The notes beneath the pieces were generated by a model. It was given only the letters and a program-made list of their open reading frames with translations. It was not told the DNA's origin and did no database searches. Position numbers and translations under genes: made by a program. 64,000 nucleotides of DNA from assembly GCA_020633495.1 (NCBI GenBank), contig JACKDR010000001.1:374105-438104 (forward strand). The letters run 5' to 3'. This DNA comes from Kofleriaceae bacterium (GTDB taxonomy: Bacteria; Myxococcota_A; Polyangia; Haliangiales; Haliangiaceae). Each line of letters begins with the position of its first letter. Within the stretch, counting starts at the first letter, position 1. Below, piece by piece: positions 1-12,188 of this stretch.

Positions 1-1375
1 GGATGTCGGTGCCGAGGTACTCCTCCGAGAACAGGTCGCGGAAGTCCTGGAAGCTGAGCAGCCGCCCCGGGCGCAGCGCGACGTCGAGGGCGGCCGCGGC
101 CTCGATCGCGAAGGTGTGGGCCTCGCCGGCCGGGTTCTCGAGGCGCAGCCGACCGCGCGGCGCCACCGCGAGCCGCGCCGGCGGCCCGTCGGCCGACCAC
201 CGGGCCTCGCCGTCGCCGTCGGGGCCGACCTCGAGCGCGCCGTGGGCGGTGGCGCCCCGCAGGCGGATCCGGTAGCGGCCGGCCTCGTCGGGGACGTCGA
301 CGTCGACCGCGGCGCCGGCGGCGACCGCCTGCTGCAGCACGATGTGCGGCTTGTTGGCGGGCTCGGCGCTGCAGTAGGTGCGGCGCTCGATCGTCCGGAT
401 CGACGGGTGGACGTGGAACGAGATCTCGACGGTGTCGTCGGCGTCGGTGCCGAACTCGATGCCGCAGGCGGCGCACGCGCCGCGGCCGGGCAGCTCGCCG
501 AGCCGGGCCGTGGCGTCGCGGACGCCGCGGCAGTGCGGGCACACGACGTCCCAGGTCAGCTCGAGCATGCCGGCGCGGGTCGCGTGCAGGCACGCCCGCA
601 GGACGTCGTCCTCGTCGAGGCCCCAGGCGCGCGCCCGCTCGCGCGACCGGATCCGCTCGAGGTCGAGGTCGTCGGCGGTGCGGACCCAGTCGACGAGCCG
701 GCGGACGGTCGTGGCGTCGACGCCGTCGGCGACCAGCTGGTCGCCGAGGCGCGCCAGCCGGGCCGCGGCCGCCGCCGGCAGCGCCGGCGCCGGCGGGTGG
801 TACAACGCGACCGCGTCGAGGCCGGCGCGGGCGGCGTCGGCGCGGGCGACCTCGGCGGCGAGGCAGGGCACGACCCGGCGGTAGGCGCGCCCCATCTTCG
901 CGAACGACAGCCGGATCGGCAGCTCGAGGATGCGGGCCCGCGACACCACGCCCCAGTAGACGTGCAGCCGGGTACCGGCGCCGCGGGGCTCGAGCAGATG
1001 GACGCCGTACAGCGCGCGCATGCCGCCGCGCTGGTAGATGCGCGTCAGCTCGAACCAGCGCCCGGCGAGCCAGTTCCACGGCACCTCGAGCCACTCGTGC
1101 AGGACCCCGCCGTAGCGACCCCGGCCCCACCGCTGGCCGTCGCGCTCGACGAACTGCATCGGCGGGTTGCCGAGCGCGCGGTTGAGCCGCGACACGTCGG
1201 AGATCAGCGGCCACAGCCGGTCCGGCGCCAGGTCGACGTCGACGTGCCACAGCCACTCGAGCCGCCGCGCGTCGGCGAACGCGGCCGGCCACGGGTGCGC
1301 CGCCAGCAGCGTCGCGACGTCCCAGGTCTCGCCCGGCACCAGCGCCCGCGCCGGGTCGCGGCCGTCGTCGGTCAC
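1..1375 (-). CDS. Hypothetical protein with SRPBCC-like N-terminal region and CxxC...CxxC zinc-ribbon. Partial: the C-terminus runs off the window start. Probable GTG start near 1375.
   Basis: Manual reverse-strand translation gives a long open frame with high GC3 (VTDDGRDPARALVPGETWDV...VCPHCRGV...CAACGIEF...). The large plus-strand ORF 116-2857 looks like its antisense shadow (R/G/D-rich). Confidence 0.45.
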   Translation of the reverse strand, partial: MTDDGRDPARALVPGETWDVATLLAAHPWPAAFADARRLEWLWHVDVDLAPDRLWPLISDVSRLNRALGNPPMQFVERDGQRWGRGRYGGVLHEWLEVPWNWLAGRWFELTRIYQRGGMRALYGVHLLEPRGAGTRLHVYWGVVSRARILELPIRLSFAKMGRAYRRVVPCLAAEVARADAARAGLDAVALYHPPAPALPAAAAARLARLGDQLVADGVDATTVRRLVDWVRTADDLDLERIRSRERARAWGLDEDDVLRACLHATRAGMLELTWDVVCPHCRGVRDATARLGELPGRGACAACGIEFGTDADDTVEISFHVHPSIRTIERRTYCSAEPANKPHIVLQQAVAAGAAVDVDVPDEAGRYRIRLRGATAHGALEVGPDGDGEARWSADGPPARLAVAPRGRLRLENPAGEAHTFAIEAAAALDVALRPGRLLSFQDFRDLFSEEYLGTDI

Positions 1376-1543
1376 GCGGCCCCCCCGGGCGTCGCGGCCG
1401 TCGACGCGACGACGCGACCGCCGATCGGGACGCAGGTCACGGCGGCGATCGCCGCGGCGATCGCGATCCCGGGGCGGCGGAGGCCTACCACCCGACGATC
1501 GTGCCCGATCCCGCGGCGCCGGGCCAGGGCCGGGCCGCCGCGA

Positions 1544-2724
1544 TCAGCGCGCCGGCGGCCAGCGCAGCGGGCCGTCGTCGTCGACGACGTGGGTGACCCG
1601 GTGGGCCTCGTCGAGCGCGGGCACCGACCAGCGGCCGAGCATGCGGCCGATCGCCCGCGCCGGCACCGGCCGCGCGCGGTCGCGGTTGCGCGCCGGGTGC
1701 GCGTGCGCCGGCGCCTCGCAGTAGACCAGGTGGACCCGGGCCCGGTAGCCGCGCATCAGCCCGATCACCTTGGCCCGCAGCGACGCCGCCAGGTTGGTGG
1801 CGTTCCACGCGAACGGCGCGCCGGCGCGCAGGTGGACGCGCGCGGCCTCGCGCGCCGCCGCGATGACCTCGCCCTGGCCCTCGGTGGGCTCGACGTCGAG
1901 CTGGTCGCGCAGGTCGTCGAGCGACACCACCGGGCCGACGCCGTGCGCGGCCAGCCAGGTGTCCTTGCCCGACGCCGGCAGGCCGCACATGACGACGACC
2001 TCGGCGGTGGTGTCGTCGTGGGCGGCGACGTCGGGGCGCCGCGCGCCCGGCCGCTCGGCCTCGAAGTACAGCACCCGCGCGTGGTCGTCGGCGAACCGCA
2101 GCGGGGCGTCGACGCAGTCGAGGTCGCGGCACAGCTCGAGCCACAGCGCGGTGTGCTCGAGCATGCGGGCCTGATCGGCGGGGTCGGCGCAGCGCCGGCC
2201 CCGGGCGTCGGCCTCGGCGACCACCGCGAGCCAGCGGTGGCGCAGCCGCAGCGACAGCCGCGCCGCGGTGCGCTCGGCGTCGGCGGGCTCGCGGGTGATG
2301 CCGAAGAACGGGACCTGGTGCCAGCGGATCAGCGCGCAGACGTGCTCGCGGAGCCCGAACGGCACGCCGCGCCGCCACAGCGCCGCCCGCGCCATCGCCT
2401 CGCCGCGCCCCGAGTGGCCGCGCGAGGTCAGCCGGCCGTCGTCGTCGCGGCGGGTCGTCTGCGGCTTGCCGACGTCGTGCAGCAGCGCGGCGGCGAACGT
2501 GACCGCGCGGCCGACGTCGTCGAGCGCGCGCCACGCCGGCAGCGCGACCAGGGCCTCGACGACCATCCGGGTGTGGGTCCAGACGTCGCCCTCGGCGTGG
2601 AACGTGGCGTCCTGCGGGGTCGCGGCCAGCGCGGCGACGCCGCCGAGGCCATCGTCGAGGAAGGCCTCGAGCCGCGACCACGGGATCGGCGCGCCCGGCG
2701 CCGGCGCCAGCGCGGCGAGGTCGG

Positions 2725-2728
<4 letters not shown>
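1544..2728 (-). CDS. HD-Pnk-type end-healing enzyme: N-terminal HD phosphohydrolase plus C-terminal P-loop polynucleotide kinase.
   Basis: HD motif (AALLHDVGKP) and Walker A (GLPASGKDTW) lie in the C-terminal ~395 aa of ORF 1544-3970. The GTG start overlaps the stop of the upstream RNA ligase in a GTGA arrangement. The R-rich N-terminal part of the long ORF was judged spurious. Confidence 0.72.
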
Positions 2729-3531
<803 letters not shown>

Positions 3532-3538
3532 GGGGCGA

Positions 3539-3556
3539 GGCGCGCGCGCGCGCGGG
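3539..3556. repeat. (CG)7-8 alternating dinucleotide tract in the methyltransferase-Rnl intergenic spacer.
   Basis: The sequence reads ggcgcgcgcgcgcgcggg. Confidence 0.8.
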
Positions 3557-3567
3557 CGGCGCGGCGC

Positions 3568-4221
3568 CTAGCGTAGCGCGACCGCGACCAGGTGGCCGTG
3601 GACGCCGTCGATGGTGACGCGGCGAGCGCCGGCGGCGCGGAGCCCGGCCTCCAGGGTCGCCGCGGTGAACAGGTGCAGATGCTCGGGGTTGTCGTCGGCG
3701 TGCGACGGCACGGTCACGACCACCGCGCGGCGCGCCACCCGCACCGCCTCGGCCATCGCCGGCGCCGGATCGACCAGGTGCTCGAGGACCTCGAGCAGCG
3801 TGACGGCGTCGGCGGCGCCGTCGGCCAGGCCCAGCGCGGTGGCGTCCATGCGCGCGGCGGCGAGCCGCGCCACGCCGCCGCGCCGGACCGCCGCCAGGCC
3901 CTCGACCCGGTGGGGCAGGACGTCGAGCGCGAGGACGTCGAGCGCGACGAGCTCGTCGAGCAGCGGCCACAGGAAGGCGCCCCGGCCGGTGCCGACGTCG
4001 ACCAGCGCGGCGACGCCGAGGCCGCGCAGGATGCCGAGGACGCGGCGGACCCGCGGCAGCCCGGCGGTGCGCTTGAAGCGGTGCAGGCGTAGGCCGGCGG
4101 CGACGCCGGCGGCGAGCGCGGCGTCGTCGTCACCGAGGCCGTCGTCGCGCAGCGCGCCGCGGCAGTACGCGGCGGCGAGCCAGCGGTAGTGCGACGCGTC
4201 GTCGATCGAGGCCGCGGTCAC
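3568..4221 (-). CDS. Class I SAM-dependent methyltransferase.
   Basis: 217-aa ORF with SAM-binding motif I (VDVGTGRGAF) and motif post-I (LDVLALD). Confidence 0.72.
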   Translation of the reverse strand: MTAASIDDASHYRWLAAAYCRGALRDDGLGDDDAALAAGVAAGLRLHRFKRTAGLPRVRRVLGILRGLGVAALVDVGTGRGAFLWPLLDELVALDVLALDVLPHRVEGLAAVRRGGVARLAAARMDATALGLADGAADAVTLLEVLEHLVDPAPAMAEAVRVARRAVVVTVPSHADDNPEHLHLFTAATLEAGLRAAGARRVTIDGVHGHLVAVALR

Positions 4222-4239
4222 GACGCCCGCCGCCGGCGA

Positions 4240-5150
4240 TCAGAACGACCAGCCCGCGGTCGCGGTCGCGCCACCGGCGGTGGGGACGACGACGACCCGC
4301 GGGGTCTCGGCGTGGTGCCGGCGCCCGATCAGGTACGCGGCGACGCCGCCGACGACGGCGACGCCGCCGACGACGTAGGCGATCGTCGCGTTGCGATCCG
4401 CGGTCTGGCCCTTGTCCTCGAGCGCGACCGCGTCGGTGCCGACGCACGAGACCGCGCACAGCTCCTCGAGGTCGCCGGCGTAGCCGTGCGCCTTGCTCGA
4501 CCAGTAGCCGCCGAGGCCGACGACCGCGACGCCGACGCCGGCGCTGACGAGGCCGCCGAGGCGGACGCCGCGGAGCTTGTCGGGGCCGCCGCCATCGACC
4601 GGCCCGGCGCCGATCGGGCCGCCGCCGCCGGTGGTGTCGCCGCCGCCGCCGGTGGTGTCGCCGCCGCCGCCGGTGGTGTCACCGCCGCCGCCGGTGGTGT
4701 CGCCGCCGCCGGTGGTGTCGCCGCCGCCGCCGGTGGTGTCGCCGCCGCCGCCGGTGGTGTCGGTGGTGCCGGTCGTGTCGCCGCCGCGCGCCGTGGCGCA
4801 GGTCGCCAGCTCGGAGATGAAGCGGTCGGCCTTGGCGCGGAACTGGCCATCGGGGGCCTCGCGCACGTAGCTCTTGTAGAAGGTGTGGGCGTTGCCGCAG
4901 TCGCCGGCCAGCCGGTAGGCCTGGGCGATGTTCCACAGCAGCAGCGGCTCGGGCACCAGCTTGTACGCCTCCTTGTAGGCGTCGATCGCCGCGGCGTACT
5001 CGGCGAGGTTGTAGTGCCGCGTGCCCTCGTCGACCAGCGCGCCAGCGCGCTGCTCGTCGGTGGCGGTCGGCTGGGCGCGCGCCGACGACGGCGCCAGCGC
5101 CAGGGCGGCCGCGGCGACCGCGGCGGCGACGAGGGAGTGCTTGAGCGACG

Positions 5151-5154
<4 letters not shown>
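4240..5154 (-). CDS. Secreted/membrane-anchored TPR-like protein with a (DTTGGGG)x7 low-complexity linker and C-terminal TM helices.
   Basis: Signal peptide (VTSLKHSLVAAAVAAAALALAPSSARAQ) after a GTG start with a GGAG RBS. GTGA overlap with the kinase stop. TPR-like segment (YNLAEYAAAIDAYKEAYKL...). Confidence 0.62.
4615..4765. repeat. Perfect 21-bp tandem repeat (about 7 copies of gccgccgccgccggtggtgtc), coding for (DTTGGGG)n on the minus strand.
   Basis: Seen directly in the sequence. The plus-strand ORF 4577-4870 (PPPPVVS repeats) is its antisense. Confidence 0.85.
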
Positions 5155-6893
<1,739 letters not shown>

Positions 6894-7073
6894 GGTCCCG
6901 GATCCCTCGGGTCGGCCCGGCGGCGTCGACATCGTGCCGCATTGTGACACCCCGGAGCGCCCCGCGGCCAGCGCTCTGACCTGGCAGGGTGTGATCGGCC
7001 GTACCGTCCTTGACGCGGCCGCCCGATCTGGGGCCTGCTACTGCGACATCTGTTCGAGGGGGAATCCAGCTAC

Positions 7074-7505
7074 ATGTCGATCGACCGCAAGAAGTTCCTG
7101 ATGCTGGCCATGTCGATGGGGGTCAGCACGGGTGCCTGTGTAGTCCCGGCGCCTACCAGCACCAGCACCGGCCCGAGCAACACCACCGATCCCAGCGCGA
7201 CGCCGCCCGGCCCGACCGACGAGGCGATGGTCGCCCCGGCCGACGAGTGCACCGACTGGGACGCCACCGGCGAGTGCGTCGGCTGGGCCAGCCAGGGCAT
7301 GTACCCGCAGGACGAGTGCGTCAACTGGGACGCCACCGGCGAGTGCGTCGGCTGGGCCTCCGACGGCATGTACCCGCCCGACGAGTGCGTCAACTGGGAC
7401 GCCACCGGCGAGTGCGTCGGCTGGGCCTCCGACGGCATGTACGGCCCGTCCGAGTGCGTCGGCTGGGACGCCACAGGCGAGTGCATCGACTGGGCCGGGG
7501 ACTGA
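7074..7505 (+). CDS. Small Cys-rich repeat lipoprotein (four ~23-aa repeats of ECVxWDATGECVGWASxGMYPxD).
   Basis: GAGGGGG RBS lies 10 nt upstream of the ATG. Signal peptide with a lipobox-like STGAC. Four near-identical repeats with 2 Cys each. Confidence 0.6.
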   Translation: MSIDRKKFLMLAMSMGVSTGACVVPAPTSTSTGPSNTTDPSATPPGPTDEAMVAPADECTDWDATGECVGWASQGMYPQDECVNWDATGECVGWASDGMYPPDECVNWDATGECVGWASDGMYGPSECVGWDATGECIDWAGD

Positions 7506-7527
7506 GGCACCACGGGGCCCGGGCCCG

Positions 7528-8748
7528 GTGACCGACGGCAAGGAGATGATGGCCCGGTTCGGGCGCGCCCACGGCGCGCTGCGGACCGCCGCGGTCACCG
7601 GGACCAACGGCAAGACCACGACGACCACGATGATCCAGGCGATCGTCGCGGCCGCCGGCGAGCCGTCGGCGCGAGTCACGACCCTGGGCGCGTGGGTCGC
7701 CGGCGAGACGGTCGAGGCCGCGACCCCCAACGAGACCTTCCTGGCCGCGGTCGAGCGCGCGGTCGAGCGCGGGGTCAAGACCCTCGCGCTCGAGGTCACG
7801 TCGAAGGCGCTGGCCGGCGGCCTGGCCCGCCGCTGGCGCCCGCACGTCGCGGTCTTCACCAACCTCACCCGCGACCACCTCGATCTGCACGGCACCGTCG
7901 AGCACTACCTCGCGGCCAAGGCACAGCTGTTCCTCAACCTGCCCCGCGGCGGCGTCGCCGTGCTCAACGCCGACGACCCGGCGTCGACGCTGGTGCGCGA
8001 GGTCGTGCCGCCGGGCGCGACGGTGCGGACGTTCTCGCGCCGCGGCGCCGACGCCACGCTGTCGGCGATCGCGGTGACGACGTCGCCGCGCGGCACCGAG
8101 CTCACGCTGGCGCCGTCGCGCCTCGGCGACGCGCTGGGCGGACGCCTCAGCCTGGCGGTCACCGGCGGCGTCCACGCCGCCAACGCGCTCGGCGCGGCGC
8201 TCGCCGCCGACGCCCTGGGCTACGGCGCCGACGCCATCCGCGACGGCCTGCGCGGCTTCACCGGCACCGCCGGGCGCTTCCAGATCATCGCCACCGCGCC
8301 CCTGGTGGTCGTCGACTACGCCCACACCCCCGACGGCCTCGACGGCACGCTGACCACCGCGCGCGAGCTGATCGCCGCCGCCGGGCGAGGCCGCGTCATC
8401 TGCGTCTTCGGCTGCGGCGGCGGTCGCGACCGCGGCAAGCGCCCCGAGATGGGCGCGATCGCCGACCGCCTCGCCGACGTCGTCGTCCTGACCAACGACA
8501 ACCCGCGCCACGAGGACCCCGCCGCGATCGCGGCCGAGATCCGCGCCGGGGTCCCGGCGCCCGCGGCGACCTGGCACCAGGAGCTCGACCGCGCCGCCGC
8601 GATCGAGCTCGCGCTGGCCGCCGCCGGCGCGGACGATCTGGTCGTCATCGCCGGCAAGGGCCACGAGGAGGACCAGGAGATCCGCGGCGTCAAGGTGCCG
8701 TTCAGCGACGTCGCGGTGGCGCGGGCGGTGCTGGCGCGGCGCGGCTGA
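7528..8748 (+). CDS. Mur ligase family protein (MurE-like central and C-terminal domains, no N-terminal domain).
   Basis: P-loop (GTNGKTTTT) near the N-terminus. Motifs DYAHTPDGL and VIAGKGHEE. Confidence 0.72.
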   Translation: MTDGKEMMARFGRAHGALRTAAVTGTNGKTTTTTMIQAIVAAAGEPSARVTTLGAWVAGETVEAATPNETFLAAVERAVERGVKTLALEVTSKALAGGLARRWRPHVAVFTNLTRDHLDLHGTVEHYLAAKAQLFLNLPRGGVAVLNADDPASTLVREVVPPGATVRTFSRRGADATLSAIAVTTSPRGTELTLAPSRLGDALGGRLSLAVTGGVHAANALGAALAADALGYGADAIRDGLRGFTGTAGRFQIIATAPLVVVDYAHTPDGLDGTLTTARELIAAAGRGRVICVFGCGGGRDRGKRPEMGAIADRLADVVVLTNDNPRHEDPAAIAAEIRAGVPAPAATWHQELDRAAAIELALAAAGADDLVVIAGKGHEEDQEIRGVKVPFSDVAVARAVLARRG

Positions 8749-8776
8749 CCGCGGCGCGGCGCGGCCGCGCGCCGCC

Positions 8777-9679
8777 GTGCTACCAACGGGCATGGACGCG
8801 GCGCCGCTGCCCTTGATGCTGGTCGGAGATCGCCGGGTCCTGCTGATCGGGGCCGGCGCGATCGGCCGCGAGAAGCTCGAGCGCCTGCTCGAGGTCGGGA
8901 TCCGGCCCGACGTGATCGCCCGCGAGGTCGAGCCGCGGTTCGCCGAGCTGGCGGCGCGCCACGGCCTCGACGTCCAGCGCCGGCCGGTGATCGCCGGCGA
9001 CGCCGCCGGCTACGACCTGGTGCTGGTCGCGGTCGGCGGCGCGCGCGACGTCGCCCGCGCCGTCCACGACGAGGTCGTCGCCCGCCACGGCCTGGTCAAC
9101 TGCGCCGACGACCCCGAGCTGTGCAACGTCTTCCTCAGCGCCAACCTGCGGGTCGGCGGCCTGACCGTCGCGGTGTCGAGCGACGGCGCGTCGTCGGCGC
9201 TGGCCGCGCACGTCCGCGATCGGCTGCGCGCCGCGGTGCCGCCGTGGGTCGCGACCGCGCTGCCGGCGCTGGCCGCGCTGCGGGCCCGCCTCAAGGCCCT
9301 GCCCGACCCCGACAACACCGCGGCGCGGCGGCGGCGCTTCCTGGGTCGGCTGGTCCGCGCGCCCCGCCGGGCCTGGGACGAGGACGCGCTGGTCGCGGCG
9401 TATCGCCGCGGCGAGCTCGACGCCGGCGAGGTCCACGTCGTCGTCGTGCCCGCCGCCGGGCTCGCGGCGCTGACGCTGGGCGACGCCGCCACCCTGGCGC
9501 GCGCCGACCGGGTCCTCCACGCCGCCGACGTCGCCGCCGAGCTCCTCGCGCTGGTGCCGCCGCGCGCGCACCGCGAGGTCGTCGCCGTCGGGGACGACGG
9601 CGCCGCGCGCGCCGAGGCCGCCGCCGCCGCCGGCGAGATCGTCGTGCGGCTGGTGGCGCCGGCGGCGGATCCCGGCTGA
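8777..9679 (+). CDS. Precorrin-2 dehydrogenase / sirohydrochlorin ferrochelatase-like protein (CysG N-terminal type) with a degenerate methylase-like tail.
   Basis: NAD-binding motif (VLLIGAGAIGREK). Motif LVNCADDPELCNVF. The C-terminal ~90 aa weakly resembles the start of a SUMT domain but is decayed. Confidence 0.6.
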   Translation: MLPTGMDAAPLPLMLVGDRRVLLIGAGAIGREKLERLLEVGIRPDVIAREVEPRFAELAARHGLDVQRRPVIAGDAAGYDLVLVAVGGARDVARAVHDEVVARHGLVNCADDPELCNVFLSANLRVGGLTVAVSSDGASSALAAHVRDRLRAAVPPWVATALPALAALRARLKALPDPDNTAARRRRFLGRLVRAPRRAWDEDALVAAYRRGELDAGEVHVVVVPAAGLAALTLGDAATLARADRVLHAADVAAELLALVPPRAHREVVAVGDDGAARAEAAAAAGEIVVRLVAPAADPG

Positions 9680-9702
9680 GCGCGGCTGCTATCCTGGGCG
9701 CG

Positions 9703-10590
9703 ATGTCGCGCCCGGCCGGTCGGCCCCCACCCTCGCGACGGCCGCCGCCCCCGCGCCGCCCCGGCCCACCACGCCGTCCCGGTCCGGATCGCAGCTACGT
9801 CTACGTCCCGGCCTACCTGTCCGACGACGATCGCGCCGAGCTGCTGGCCTGGCTGGCGACGCTGCACCCGCTGTGGGAGCACCGCTACGCGACCCGCCGG
9901 CCGCCGCCCGCCGGCCGCGAGCAGCGCCGCCTGCTGCGCCCGGTCTACTGGCTGGGCAACTGGCAGTTCGCGTGCCTCGGCTACTTCATGCCGCCGCGCG
10001 GCGTCCGCGATCGCTGCGTCGCGGCCGAGCCGTTCCCGCCGCCGCTGGCGCGCGTCGTCGCCGACGTCGAGGCGCGGGTCCGCCGTGGCTTCCCGCCCGC
10101 CGACGTGCCGCCGGGCTGGCGGCTCGACACCTGCCTGGTCAACTTCTACGGCGAGCGCGTCGAGGGCGGCCGCCGCGTCGACGCCGCCCGGGTCGGCGAG
10201 CACCGCGACCTCGAGCCCGGGCCGGTGGCGTCGCTGTCGATCGGCGAGCGCGCGCTGATGCAGTTCGTCGAGCGCGGCGGCGGCGGCGGCACCGTCCGCA
10301 CCCAGTGGCTCGACGACGGTTCGCTGCAGATCTTCGGCGGCCCGCGGTGGAAGGACCAGCTGCTGCACCGGATCCAGCGGGTCGACGATCGCCACGACCT
10401 CGACCTGCCGCCGGCGATCCCGGGCTTCCGCACCCGCCGCATCAACTTCACGTTCCGCCACGTCCCGGCGGCGCACGTCACCCGGTTCGCCCGGCTGTCG
10501 CCGGGCGCCCGCGACGACGTCGCCGACTACGTCGCCGAGCTGGCCGCGCACGCGCCGTTCTGGCGGCGCGCTCTCGACGAGGCGCGGTGA
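9703..10590 (+). CDS. AlkB-like Fe(II)/2-oxoglutarate-dependent dioxygenase.
   Basis: LVNFYGE...GEHRD...H motif pattern. ATG at 9703 follows the upstream R-rich junk of the long ORF. Confidence 0.68.
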   Translation: MSRPAGRPPPSRRPPPPRRPGPPRRPGPDRSYVYVPAYLSDDDRAELLAWLATLHPLWEHRYATRRPPPAGREQRRLLRPVYWLGNWQFACLGYFMPPRGVRDRCVAAEPFPPPLARVVADVEARVRRGFPPADVPPGWRLDTCLVNFYGERVEGGRRVDAARVGEHRDLEPGPVASLSIGERALMQFVERGGGGGTVRTQWLDDGSLQIFGGPRWKDQLLHRIQRVDDRHDLDLPPAIPGFRTRRINFTFRHVPAAHVTRFARLSPGARDDVADYVAELAAHAPFWRRALDEAR

Positions 10591-11840
10591 CCGAGGCGTA
10601 CGCGTACGTCGCGCTGGCCGCGATGCTCGCGGTGGTGCTGTGGCGGCCGCACGGCTGGGGCCCGCCGCTGGGCGCGGCGGTGGCGGTGCTGGTCGCGGTC
10701 GCGGCTGGCCTGGTCGACCGCGACGATCCACGCCAGGCCGCGCTGGTGCTGTGGCGGCCGTTCATCACGCTGACCTCGATCATGCTGATGACGTCGGCGG
10801 CCGAGCGGCTCGGCGTGATCGAGCGCCTGGCCGCGTTCATCGAGCCGCGCACCCGCGGCCCGGTCCGTCACGCGTTCCGGATCACCTTCGTGACCTCGGC
10901 GGTGGTGGCGGCGGTGCTGTCCAACGACGCCGCGATCCTGCTGCTGACGCCGACGGTGCTGGCGCTGATCCGCGCGGTCTACCCGCGCCGCCACGGCAAG
11001 TTCCTGCAGGCGTTCGCGTTCGCGGTGTTCGCCGGCGCCGGGGTCGCGCCGCTGGTGGTGTCGAACCCGATGAACCTGGTGGTCGCGGAGCGCGCCGGCA
11101 TCGGCTTCAACCGCTACGCGCTGACGATGATCCCGGTGGCGCTGGCCGGCTGGCTGGTGACCTACGCGCTGCTGGCGCGGCTGTTCCGCGCGCCGCTGGT
11201 CGACGAGGCGCCGGCGCTGGGCGCGTGGGCGGCGCCGCGCGCGCTGACCCCGGCGGCCCGCCTGGTGGTGATCGTGCTCGGCGTCGTGCTCGCGTCGTAC
11301 CCGGTGGCCGCGTACCTCGGCGGCCCGCTGTGGGCGGTCGCGGCCGCCGGCGCCGCGGTCTGCACCGCCGCCAGCGTCGGCGCGGGCGTGCGGCTGCGCG
11401 CGCTGGCGAGCGGCGTGTCGTGGAACGTCTTCCCGTTCCTGGGCGGCGTCCTGGTGCTGGCGCTGGCGATGCAGCACGCCGGCGTCGTCGATCGCCTGGC
11501 GTCGCTGTTCGTGCCGGGGCCGGCGCGGCTGCCGATCATCGGCGCGGTCGCGGCCGCCGGCTCGGCGCTGCTCAACAACCACCCGATGGCGATCCTCGAC
11601 GCGCTCGCGCTGGAGCGCACGGTCGGCGCCGGCCACGTCGACGTCCTGGCCGCGCTGATCGGCGGCGACCTCGGGCCGCGGCTGCTGCCGTCGGGCTCGC
11701 TGGCCGGGATCCTGTGGATGGACGTGCTGCGCCGCCACGACGTCGACGTCGGCGTCGGCACGTTCGCGCGGGTCGGCGTCGTCCTCACGGTGCCGACGCT
11801 GCTGGTGTCGATCCTGGTGCTCTGGCTGGTCGGGGCCTGA
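10587..11840 (+). CDS. ArsB/NhaD-superfamily anion permease (about 12 TM).
   Basis: Polytopic membrane protein with internal repeat. GTG start overlaps the AlkB stop (GTGA). Confidence 0.68.
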   Translation: MTEAYAYVALAAMLAVVLWRPHGWGPPLGAAVAVLVAVAAGLVDRDDPRQAALVLWRPFITLTSIMLMTSAAERLGVIERLAAFIEPRTRGPVRHAFRITFVTSAVVAAVLSNDAAILLLTPTVLALIRAVYPRRHGKFLQAFAFAVFAGAGVAPLVVSNPMNLVVAERAGIGFNRYALTMIPVALAGWLVTYALLARLFRAPLVDEAPALGAWAAPRALTPAARLVVIVLGVVLASYPVAAYLGGPLWAVAAAGAAVCTAASVGAGVRLRALASGVSWNVFPFLGGVLVLALAMQHAGVVDRLASLFVPGPARLPIIGAVAAAGSALLNNHPMAILDALALERTVGAGHVDVLAALIGGDLGPRLLPSGSLAGILWMDVLRRHDVDVGVGTFARVGVVLTVPTLLVSILVLWLVGA

Positions 11841-11861
11841 GGCCGCGCGCGGCGACCGCCG

Positions 11862-12131
11862 TCAGCGGACCTGCGCCCGCGGCGGCTCGCGATCGCGGCG
11901 GATCCGCGCGGCCTGGCGGAAGTAGACGATCACGCCGATCACGATCGCGAACGGGCCGACGCCCTGCCCGAACCGCTCGCCGCGCGCGCGGAAGTCGGTC
12001 CCGGGCGGCGCGGTGAGCGCGATGATGACGGCGCCGCCGATCGCGAGGACCGCGACCGTGACCACGAACGCGACCACCGCGGCCTTGATCGGCGACCAGC
12101 GCACCGGGAGCTGGTGGGGAGCGGGCTCCAT
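11862..12131 (-). CDS. Small two-TM membrane protein.
   Basis: 89-aa ORF with very high GC3 and two hydrophobic helices. Confidence 0.4.
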   Translation of the reverse strand: MEPAPHQLPVRWSPIKAAVVAFVVTVAVLAIGGAVIIALTAPPGTDFRARGERFGQGVGPFAIVIGVIVYFRQAARIRRDREPPRAQVR

Positions 12132-12188
12132 GGCCTCGAGGATACCGCGACCGTCACCACGGCGGGGCGCCGCCGCGCCGCGCCGCGA

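Noticed and set aside
4577-4870. Pro-rich (PPPPVVS)n ORF and the His/Arg-rich ORF 4679-4936
   Set aside because: Antisense or alternative frames of the 21-bp tandem repeat that encodes (DTTGGGG)n in the TPR gene.
9121-10590. 489-aa ORF as a long AlkB protein
   Set aside because: Only the last ~295 aa (from ATG 9703) are AlkB-like. The upstream portion is R/G-rich, overlaps the CysG-like gene in another frame and is non-coding in character.
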